Shown in pieces: positions 52,231 through 64,000 of a stretch of DNA of 64,000 nt (its first letter is position 1; the number at the start of each line of letters is the position of its first letter). The DNA lies in NCBI RefSeq assembly GCF_006345805.1, contig NC_043010.1:64170001-64234000 (forward strand). Direction: 5' to 3'. The notes beneath the pieces were generated by a model that worked only from the letters and a program-made list of their open reading frames with translations, searched no databases and had not been told where the DNA came from. This stretch comes from Octopus sinensis (Eukaryota). The position numbers were made by a program, and so were the translations under genes.

Positions 52231-52680
52231 GTATGAGTGTATGTTTACTTTATTACTAACACAAGCCACTACGGTTATTTAAAGTCTTCCTCAAATCACT
52301 ATCTCTGGCTATTTACTCTCTTCCAAGAACATTTTCACTCACACTTATGTGTTAGCTTCCCATACATTTTACTCATGTATCTATCAGCATGATAGAGAGA
52401 AACAAATATTACACCTAGTTTCACTTTATTCGTTGCCCACTGTGAGTGTGCGTTTGGGTGTGGTGTAAACCAGACTAAGAAAAGCATTTGACACACACAC
52501 CAGAATGTGAGTTTTCTGTAAATTTTGCTTAATTGGAGTTTAAATTTTAAAAACTGGACCTGGCATGACGCGATGCATTGTACTCTTAAAACTGCTAGGT
52601 AAATTGTAATTGAAGAAATCCTATATTGTAGATTTGTATAACTCCCAAAGGGAGGCAGATAAAATCTGCCTTTTATAATA

Positions 52681-52745
<65 letters not shown>

Positions 52746-52746
<1 letters not shown>

Positions 52747-53632
52747 CATCATCATGATCATCATTTAATGTCCACTTTCCATGCAGGCATGGGTTGGACG
52801 GTTTGACTGGAGACTGGTGAGCCAGATGGCTGCACCAGGCTCCAATCTGATCTTGCAGAGTTTCTACAGCTGGATGCCCTTCCTAAAGCTAACCAATCTG
52901 AGAGTGTAGTGGGTGCTTTTACGTGCCACTGGCACGAGGGCCAGTCAAGCGGTACTGGCAACGGCCACCCTCAAATAGTGTTTTTACGTGTCACCTGCAC
53001 AGGAGCCAATCCAGCAGCATTAGCAACACCCTCGCTCGAATGTTGTTTTTCACGTACCACCGGCGCAAGTGCCAGAAAGGCGACACTGTTAACGATCACA
53101 CTCGAATGGTGCTTTTTGCGTGCCTGTCAGCGGCCCTGGCAACGATCACACTCGGATTGTGCTTGTAGAGCTCCACTAGCACGGATGCCAGTCATGCGGT
53201 GCTGTCATTGCATTTGATTTCGATTTCACTTGCTTCAACAGGTCTTCGCAAGCAGAGTTTAGTGTCCATTGAAAGAAAGGTGCGCCTAAATGGGCTGGTT
53301 ACACCACTGGCATAGGCCACGGGTTATGTTCTCACTTGGCTTGCCAGGTCTTCAAGCACAGCATATTTCCAAAGGTCCCAGTCACTAGTTATTGCCTCGG
53401 TGAGGCCTAATGTTTGAAGATCGTGCTTCACCACCTCATCCCAGGTCTTCATGGGTCTACCTCTTCCACAGTTTCCCTCAACTGCTAGAGTGTGACACTT
53501 TTTCACATAGCTATCCTCATCCAATCGTACCACATGACCATACCAGCGCACTCGTCTCTCTTGCGGACCACATCTGATGCTGCTTAGGTCCAGCTTTTCT
53601 TTCAAGGCACTTACACTCTGTCGAGTATGCAT
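52746..53632 (-). mobile_element. 5'-truncated RTE copy, family of 1-2270
   Basis: [40 protein letters not shown], then 3' UTR units and a (GAT)-like tail. Confidence 0.9.
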
Positions 53633-53642
53633 TTATATATAA

Positions 53643-53724
<82 letters not shown>

Positions 53725-53771
53725 GTCCAACCCGTGCTAGCACGGAAAACGGACGTTAAACGATGATGATG

Positions 53772-53809
<38 letters not shown>

Positions 53810-53811
<2 letters not shown>

Positions 53812-56800
53812 ACTACAACAGCAACCACCATAATACAACATCACCACAACCACCAATATCTCAAACAAGGAATCCCCAAATCTGCCGCTATTCCCAGCGA
53901 GACAGATTGTGCTTGCACAGGGATTGCCCCTTTACCCATCTCCCGGGGACTCGTCGGACATTTAAAGATAACCACTCACATAAAAATAGCCGCGGCCACA
54001 GTCACCTGCGGTTCCCTAGACAGGAAACCACCTCTTCTTCCTCTTTTTTAGCTATAATGAATCTAGCAAAAGAACTGGAAAAAAACATCCGAGCTATCAC
54101 CCACCGCCATCCACCACTATTACCCCACTACACATGCCATTAAAAGCAATCAAATAAACAAATCACCAAAACAATTAAAACCATCCACTCTCGCCTCAAC
54201 ATTTCTGCTTAATGCCCAAGGCATCAGCCCTTCCACCAATACACAAAAATGGAAGATAAGATTCCTGGAGGACTGGGTCGAGGCCCATCCAAACCATATC
54301 CCTTTCTTCGTCCTCACTGAAACCCATCTTAGTGACCTCCACTTGGAAGCCGAGGTGAAAGTTAAAAATTTCAAAACCATTCGTGCTGATCGTGTTGGCA
54401 GAAGAAAGGGTGGGACTGCCATTTATGTCCATGATTCATTCTCAACAGAAGCCATGAACATATTTTCGAATGGATACTGCGAAGCAGTCGCTGTATTCAG
54501 TCAAACCAACAACTTAACAGTAGTTGGGCTCTACAGACCACCCCAAACGCCCCTACCATGCTTCAAGGAATGCCTCAACAGCATAAAGTGTTTCATTCAG
54601 CAGTGTCAACCTGACAACATTTTAATGATGGGAGATTTCAACCTTCCCGGGGTTGACTGGTCTACAAACAGTCTGCCGCCAGGTTCTTCTCTCTCAACCC
54701 CTGACAGGGAGGCAGTGGAATCGCTTCTTGACTTCATGGATGACTTCTTCTTGTCCCAACTGGTACTCGAACCAACGAGATGTCACAAAAACGTCTTAGA
54801 CTTAATTTTCAGCAATCACACTGATACTATCCACAATATTGCAGTGGAGAAAACCCTACTCTCCGACCATGACATGGTTCTCTGTGATCTGAGATTTCAC
54901 TGGCCAAAATGCAAAACAAATGTCATCCCTCCTGCTCATCCATTTGACACTATGGATTTCCACAATGCAAACTGGGAAGCGATCAATAATGATCTTGCAC
55001 AAGTCGATTGGTCCTTCACGCACACATACACACCCACTAACATCAAAAAGTCCTGGCAGTCACTTGTAGACACCATCACGAACATATGTGCAAGACACAC
55101 CCCATTAAGATCTGCAAACAAATCTAAGTGTCGAATCCCTAGAAATAGAAAATCTCTCATAAGGAAAATTAAAAGAATCAACAAAAAGATCAACATGCTG
55201 AAATACTGTCAACAGCAACACACCAACCTGACTGCCATCTCGTCGCTAGAGATTAAAAAACATAAACTCCAAAACAACATGATGTCTATCATCAATAGTC
55301 AGCGAAGAGCTGAAGAGGCCTGGGCCATTGAGAAGATCAAACTCAATCCCAAAGTGTTCTTTTCATTTGCAAAAAAACACAGAGTCACTGGTTCTACTGT
55401 TGGCCCTCTGATTGATGAAAATGGTACTCTTCAAGACAATGCCAAAACCATGGGAGAAATATTGCAGAAACAATATTGCTCTGTTTTCAGCAATCCTGAT
55501 ATGACTGATCTGGGCTGTATCAGTGATGTTACTCCCCAATACACTTTATCGGACATAACATTTGGCGCTCCTGATGTCTTAGCAGCAATAAAGGAAATGA
55601 AGCATAATTCAGCAGTAGGTCCCGATAGGTTCCCTGCTTGTGTCTTGAAGATGTGTCAAAACCAACTTGCACCCCCTCTAGCCAATCTGTGGCGGAACTC
55701 ATTGGATGCTGGATATATACCAGAAGACCTTCTATCCCAGTCTGTTGTCCCAGTTTTCAAAAAAGGAAACAAATCGCTTGCCGTGAATTACCGTCCAATC
55801 TCACTCACCTCTCATATCATCAAGGTATTTGAGAGGGTGCTGAGATCGCGTATGACTCACTTCCTTGAGAGTCATAATATGCTGAACCCAACCAGCATGG
55901 ATTCCGTAATGGGAGAGATTGCCTGACGCAGCTACTGCATCATTTTGATGACATTTTGAGAGCCTTGGGAGAGGGTTCCAACACTGATGTCATCTACCTT
56001 GATTTCAGCAAGGCCTTTGACAGGGTTGATCATAAGATCCTTCTGAGAAAGCTGTCCAATATTGGTGTCACTGGAAAGCTGCTGCAATGGATCAAGTGCT
56101 TCCTCTCTAACAGAACCCAACATGTTGTAGTCGAAGGAGTCAAATCCAGCCCAGCCAAAGTCAGCAGTGGTGTCCCACAAGGCACTGTGTTGGGCCCACT
56201 TCTCTTCATCATCTACATAAATGATATTACTGACACCATCAAACACAGCAACATCAGAACCTTTGCTGATGATTCCAAGCTCCAGAAGGTCATCAATGGC
56301 GTGGATGACCGAATAAACCTTCAGTCAGACCTACTGGCTGTTGTCCAATGGGCGGAAAAGAATAACATGTTGCTAAATGAAGACAAATTCGAACTGATCC
56401 ACTTTGGAAGGGAGGACGCTCTGAAACTCCCATACTCTCTTCCTTCTGGAGAAATTCTCATGGCATCCAACAACATCAGAGACCTGGGAGTAACAGTGGA
56501 CAACAACATAAGCTGGGCTACACATATAAGCAGCAAAGTTGACATGGCCCGCAGAATGTGTTCCTGGATTCTCAGAACCTTCCAGTCGAGAGATTCCCAC
56601 GCTATTATCCTTCTCTTCTCCACTTTTGCCCGACCCCACCTTGAATACTGCTGTCCACTGTGGTCTCCCTACACAAAACAAAATATTATGAGAATTGAAG
56701 CTCCCCAAAGGTCAATCACAAAAAGATAGATGGCATGTCAGACCTTGACTACTGGGGTAGACTAGAGAAGCTGAAATTGTATTCACTCCAACGACGCCGT

Positions 56801-57234
56801 GAACGCTACATTATCTGTATGATGTGGAAAATATTCCATCAGCACTGTCCGAATGATGTTGGCATCACCTTCAAAATGCATCCAAGGCTTGGACCACGTG
56901 CCATCCGTCCACAACAAAAATCTAAATCGCATCACATAACGACAATACGGCACAACTATTTCACCTCAATTGGACCCGCTCTCTTCAACATTACACCAGG
57001 ACACGTCAAAAAAGAAACTGACCACACAAAATTCAAGAAGTCTTTGGACAAATTCCTTCAAACAGTACCGGACAAACCACCCACACCCGGATATGTCTCC
57101 GCAAACAATAACTCTCTGCTCGAATGGGCCTTGGTGCCCAAATCCTGAACTGAAAGACTTCGCCAGGTGGTGCTATTAAGTTAGACATGGCCTGGGCCAA
57201 TACTGGCCAAAAACCTTTCTAAGTTATTCTAAGT

Positions 57235-57237
<3 letters not shown>
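53810..57237 (+). mobile_element. CR1-group LINE copy 3 (a different subfamily), truncated within ORF1; ORF2 has two 1-nt deletions; (TCTAAGTTAT)n tail
   Basis: CCCH-like remnant CRYSQRDRLCLHRDCPFTH; LTETHL, MGDFNLP, KAFDRVDH, SGVPQGTVLGPLLF, FADD; shifts at ~55890 and ~56722. Confidence 0.92.
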
Positions 57238-57269
<32 letters not shown>

Positions 57270-57289
57270 GTATATATATATATGTGTAC

Positions 57290-57321
<32 letters not shown>

Positions 57322-57336
57322 GTGTATATATATATG

Positions 57337-57369
<33 letters not shown>

Positions 57370-57441
57370 GTATATATATATGTGTATATATATATGTGTG
57401 TATATATATGTGTGTATATATTACATGTATATATATATATG

Positions 57442-57473
<32 letters not shown>

Positions 57474-57505
57474 TATATGTATATGTATATATATATGTAT
57501 ACATA

Positions 57506-57545
<40 letters not shown>

Positions 57546-57557
57546 CATATATATACA

Positions 57558-57639
<82 letters not shown>

Positions 57640-57655
57640 TATATACATATATATT
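57238..57655. repeat. (TA)n array
   Basis: Directly visible. Confidence 0.97.
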
Positions 57656-57658
57656 TTT

Positions 57659-57782
57659 TTTATTTTGTAGAAGGAGCTTCTACAGGACTAGAACTGTTTC
57701 ATTCAAAAGAAATCATCAGGAATGATGATTTCTTTTGAATGAAACAGTTCTAGTCCTGTAGAAGCTCCTTCTACAAAATAAA
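57659..57782. repeat. Perfect 60-bp-arm hairpin with a 4-nt loop (ggaa)
   Basis: 57659-57718 is the exact reverse complement of 57723-57782. Confidence 0.95.
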
Positions 57783-57851
57783 TTAATTTACTCTGCTATG
57801 TATTGAGTACCTTATTTACTGTGGTTAACCCCGACTCAACCCGGGACCTAC

Positions 57852-57922
<71 letters not shown>

Positions 57923-58660
57923 GATAAAACTTATTTGGAAAAGGATGCATGGCGTTCGATCATATAATAATATAAATAATATATAGGTATATGCATATAT
58001 ACATACATATATGTACATACCTACATCTATATGTATATATACATGCATATATGGGTACAGGACATCAAAAAAACGTTGAACACAACGAGAAACGAAAATA
58101 TGAAAACAAAAACATAGAAACGAACTATTTTTCAAACAACGAAAAAATAAACAGTGTACAAGGCATACAACACAAAGAATATTCCTCTTCTACAGTTTCG
58201 TCTACTCCGCATTCCGAAGGTAAGGACAAGATGCGACTTCGTTGAAACAGTCCTTCCTGCAAAGCAAATTAAATAAAATTTGGGATTTTTTGTGGAGGGG
58301 TAAAAGTGGTAACAAGAACAGGACAGTAAGAACAATAAAAGTAAACACAGTAAAAGACAGAAGAAAGAGAATAACGCATTAAAAACAAATGATGAGGGTT
58401 GTTATGCCAAGACGATGGAAAAATTATTTTGGACGTTTGAGGAGACAGCTTATTATGAGAGAGGCCTTGTCTTGGTGAAGATAGCAATTGGAAAGATTGC
58501 TTCCCCCTAGTCCCGTGTCAGTGACGAGAGAGTCGAGGGGGAGGAGTAAGAGAGAGTAACAGTAAAGGGGAGAGGAGAAGAATAGGGAAGGGTGGGAGAG
58601 GAAAAACAGAAAGGATAAAGAACAACAGTGGGAGAGATATACTAACATATATACATATGC

Positions 58661-58704
<44 letters not shown>

Positions 58705-58842
58705 CGGATATTTACTTGCATAGCAAGTGATTTGATCTGAGATCATGTGCTGAAACGAAAACAATTGCAGCATAGAAGGTGTTTGTAAGCCATTTAAGAA
58801 ACACACAAAAGCCGTTCGATTCACTTCAACATTTAAGTTTAA

Positions 58843-58954
58843 TTTGTCAAAATATTTTCGTCGCTTTAAGACCTCGATCTGTTCACTGACAAAAATGACA
58901 AAAGAGATGCAGCACGGATTTTTGTCAATGAACAGGTCGCGGTCTTAAAGCGAC

Positions 58955-58957
<3 letters not shown>
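58843..58957. ncRNA. Two inverted, individually damaged copies of a hammerhead-like motif with a G3-C8 core variant
   Basis: Minus 58893-58843: UUUGUCA-GUGAACA-G-helix II-GAAA-AUAU-UU/UGACAAA; the plus copy at 58921-58957 has an intact GUCGC/GCGAC helix II. Confidence 0.5.
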
Positions 58958-58995
<38 letters not shown>

Positions 58996-59086
58996 CAACA
59001 ATTGAGGGTAAAATTAATTAATTATTAATCAATTTCACCAAGTATTCAGTATGTAAAGGACCATTATAGGCGAATTCAAATATTAC

Positions 59087-60306
<1,220 letters not shown>

Positions 60307-60309
60307 GTC

Positions 60310-61076
60310 AACATCATCATTGTTCGACCGTGGTCAAGACAATGGAATTTACTATGTTACGCCAGACTTCACGGTCCATCATAGCATTACGGAGGTCCTG
60401 TTGCTGGATGCCTGTATCCCTGGAGATTACATCAGGGTAGGAGAGTGTGCGCCCTCTGGTATTGCGAGTAGATGGCTTCCAGAGGAGAAGAGTAGAAATT
60501 TCTTCTTTTTCAGCTCTACAACAATGTCCAGCAAACTGGACTCTCCTACCTTTCACAAGAGATGACACAGGTGGTAGTTTCCCATATATTTGCATTTTGG
60601 TTGGATGGCGCTTCGACGAGAGATTTTGAGCTCTCATAAGGAGGCGAGTGTAGGTTCCATCCAACCGCCTCTCAAGCTTCTTTGATAACGTCCAGGTTTC
60701 TGAGCCATATAGTTGAATTGGTTCGACTGTGGTTTTGAATATTTCAAGTTTGAAGTCTCTACTTAGATTTGATGACCAGATCTTATGCATGTCATTACAG
60801 GCTGACCAGGCCATACCCTTTCTAGTTAGAAAGTCTTTTCCAGATGATGATATGTATGACCCAAGATATTTATAATCAGAAACCATATTTAAAGGCGCAC
60901 TGTTGAGAGTATGGATGATGCAATCACTGTTGGACAGGCACTTGTTTATGTATTCAGTCTTGGCCTCATTGAGGTAAAGACCTACACAATTTGAGGCTTG
61001 TTCAAGAGATTGTAAAAGAGACTGGGCATTGGAGAGAGAATCACTGATAAGAGCGATGTCGTCAGCAAAGTCAGTG
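60310..61076 (-). mobile_element. 5'-truncated RTE-group LINE; reading frame open from about DFADD to the stop
   Basis: [46 protein letters not shown]; (TGA)n-like tail; (TA)n on both sides. Confidence 0.88.
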
Positions 61077-61100
61077 TATATATATGTATATATATGTATA

Positions 61101-61159
<59 letters not shown>

Positions 61160-61529
61160 CTTCAGGGCTTCAGGGCTTCATTGCTCAACTGTCAAATGAA
61201 AAGATGATGCAAGGATAACCTGGATAGATTGCTAATCAAGGTACATCTGTGATTCCATAATCAGCCATGCGTATCACGGCATGGCTGCAGATCATTGTTT
61301 CAACTACTTGGCACCGAGTGTATGTGTATATATTTGCTTAATTTGTGTGTGTGTGTGTGGTGGAGAGTTTGGGTGTATGAGAGAGAGAGAGAGAAACAAA
61401 GTTTAATTTGTATGTAAGAAGTAATCAAGGTTTAATGTCAGATAATGAGTAGTAAGTGTGTTTATGATATAATAATTATTTTTAATTTATGAGTGAATCT
61501 TTGCATTTTTCTGGTTAATGACATGGGAT

Positions 61530-61890
61530 GTTGGTAACGATCGCGCTCGAATGGTGCCCTTTTATGTGCCACAGATACTGGCCTTCGTGCCGGTGGCATG
61601 TAAAAGGCACCATTCGAGCGTGATCGTTACCAACGTCGCTTCACTGGCACCTGTGCTGGTGGCATGTGTAAAAAGATTCAAGTGAAGTCATTGCCAGTAT
61701 CGCCTGACTGGCCCCTGTGCCGGTGGCATGTAAAAAGCACCCACTACACTCTCGGAGTGGTTGGCGTTAGGAAGGGCATCCAGCTGTAGAAACTCTGCCA
61801 GATCACGATTAGAGCCTGGTTCGCCAGCCCTCAGTCAAAATCGTCCAACCCATGCTAGCATGGAAAGCGGACTTTAAATGATGATGATGA

Positions 61891-61893
<3 letters not shown>
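61530..61893 (+). mobile_element. RTE 3' UTR-only copy
   Basis: Three gtgc..gtggcatgtaaaa units and cgtccaacccatgctagcatggaaagcggac followed by (gat)n. Confidence 0.85.
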
Positions 61894-61965
<72 letters not shown>

Positions 61966-61997
61966 GGAGAGACACAAATAAGTAAGAAGAAAACAAA

Positions 61998-62042
61998 GGA
62001 CCACTGATGCGGTCACAGGAGTGTGACGAAAGAACTCTGGCC
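61998..62042 (+). ncRNA. Minimal type I hammerhead-like motif with an A9->C deviation
   Basis: GGACCA-CUGAUGC-G-GUCACA(ggag)UGUGAC-GAAA-GAAC-UC/UGGCC. Confidence 0.45.
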
Positions 62043-62174
62043 GAAATAAGATTAAGATTAATGTAAAAAAATAAATAACAAAAAATAACACTGAAGCAAA
62101 GTAACACCAAATATATAGTGCGTGTGTTTTTATTGGCTAAACTGGCAAATGACCATTCCTAAATACAACAATAT

Positions 62175-62210
<36 letters not shown>

Positions 62211-62256
62211 TTATATGTATATATTTATATGTATATATATTATATGTATATATATT

Positions 62257-62301
<45 letters not shown>

Positions 62302-62447
62302 ATGTGTGCGTGTGTGTGTGTGTGTGTATGTAAGGCTCGAAACGTTAAAGACTTTTCACTTCCCGAGCGTTATACTAATACATCTGTTTGTTGTCTACAT
62401 CATTTGTCTTCGTCTTTTGTTTTGTTTTGTGAATTCTCCCTTATATG

Positions 62448-62478
<31 letters not shown>

Positions 62479-62489
62479 AAAAATATATA

Positions 62490-63385
62490 TTAAAATACAA
62501 AATGGGACAAGAACGCGTAACACTCAAATAGACGACACAAAAAACGGACGGGTCATTCGAAGCCTCTATTCTTCAGTCAAGAACCAGATCATACTCGCAA
62601 TTTCGGCTGATTAATTTTGAGATTGCTCCGATCTGGCCAGCCCCAAAGAAAAACTAAGCTACGAGCATTAGATTTCTTGGAAAAAGGATCGAATGTATAC
62701 GAAACAAGGACAGAAAAACGGACGGTGCAACACGAATATAAATACAAAAAGCAATAATAGTAATAACAGGACAAAAACAGCGGGTGTCCTACGACTTTAG
62801 ACAGTTTCATGAAGCTTAGCTGGCGTATTTGGAAAATAATGCCTTTATGGCAGACGAAGAGATCGATGTTGCGTGGCAGTGCTCAGAAGCCGAAAGGCTA
62901 GTTGACCGGCGGTCATGTGAGAGGAGAAGAGAGGGAGAAAATAAGGGGCAAAGGAATCAAAGATAGAGGGAAAAAGAGGGACAAAGGCACCAAAGAGGGG
63001 GAGAAGAGAGAGAAAGAAGGAATTAAAGAGGGGAGAAGAAAGAGATCGTGCCAAGGATTGGCTTGACGAAGAGAATCAGTGAGGTGCAAAGTGAGAAAGA
63101 CAGAGAAATGTGAGAGAGTGGGGGAAGAGGAGACCAAAGAATCAGAGGCGAGAAAAGAGAAAGACAGAGACTAGTGAAGTATAGAGAAAGTGTGTGTAGA
63201 AGACGTATAATAGTGGGATGCTTACATACATAAGAGAACAAGATGTACGTTACGCCGCGATAATATATGTATAAAAAATATATATAAAAATACAAAATGG
63301 GACAAGAACGCAAAACACTCAAATAGACAACACAAAAAACGGACGGGTCATTAGAAGCCTCTAATCTTCAGTCAAGAACTGGTCT
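62490..63385 (-). mobile_element. Non-coding PLE-like partial tandem, same family as 18176-19196
   Basis: aaatacaaaatgggacaagaacgc..cttcagtcaagaac is repeated 795 bp apart; the interior is homologous to 18370-19000. Confidence 0.75.
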
Positions 63386-64000
63386 TGTTCTATTGAAGTG
63401 GCGAAATTATTTCCTAAGCCTTTGAACATTCTTTTAATCAATGTAGCCTTCCCTCTCCACTTGTTCCCTACCTATTATTCCTTTAACCCTTCTCTTCCTA
63501 CTATCTAACTTTGACGTCAATTCTACTAACGGTTTTTTAAAACACTTATTATCGTTTTGTTTACCATGTAGGCAGTCATCGAAATTTTTGTTTGTCTTGT
63601 TGGGAGAGGCTCCCTTTCTTTCCTGATGAGAAGATTGCATCTTGAACCCTTTATTCCTTTGGAATGAAACTATATTGTCTTCAAAACATATGTCAAAAGT
63701 AAAGGAATTTTGCTAACATCTTTGTTCGACTCCATTCTTTTATTTATTCATATATAACACAAATTTCTGCACATGAACCCGGAGTTTCTACCCTTGGACA
63801 GGTCGCTTCAACCGTGTTTCTGACGTGAATTTGCTACCCTGGTATCGGTTCATCGAATTTTCCATGCTGACGGTAAACATAGGATAATTCATTCACCTAT
63901 CGAAATATATATATATATATAGATAAAGTAATTGAGGTAATCAGAGTATGTGACAGAATACTTAAGATTAGATTAGTGCTTCATCATAGTTTAGCAACCA

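Noticed and set aside
61166-61240. Candidate next host exon reading (R)LQGFIAQLSN after cttcAG
   Set aside because: It resembles the RLxGF start of an FTP second half, but hits TAA before any donor and has no pyrimidine tract.
63614-63670. CUGAUGA followed by a hairpin and a later GAAAC
   Set aside because: Helix II is followed by GAAC rather than GAAA, helix III cannot form and position 17 would be G.

Overview
Eukaryotic, AT-rich and repeat-dominated DNA. The repeat make-up (tRNA-derived SINEs, RTE and CR1-like LINEs, kilobase-long (TA)n arrays) suggests a mollusc, probably an octopus; this is an inference. Five short coding exons of a host gene lie on the + strand (5875-6024, 10154-10297, 14190-14327, 36910-37053, 46304-46564). 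All have GT-AG boundaries and phase-1 introns, and they splice into one open frame encoding EGF-like, galactose-binding-like, EGF-like and F-type lectin (FTP) modules. The rest of the window is intron filled with transposable elements: RTE, R4-like and CR1-group LINEs (one nearly intact, with an unusual Myb/SANT-like + CCCH ORF1), Tc1/mariner copies, Helitron pieces, SINEs and Penelope-like (PLE) terminal repeats. The most striking unannotated signal is a set of type I hammerhead-ribozyme folds in several unrelated PLE-like repeats. These include a 2.8-kb non-coding element with ~530-bp near-perfect inverted arms, each carrying a hammerhead, and a reconstructed hammerhead with a G3-C8 swap of the conserved core pair. 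Several perfect foldback hairpins lie nearby. Repeat boundaries were read by eye and are approximate unless a motif is quoted.
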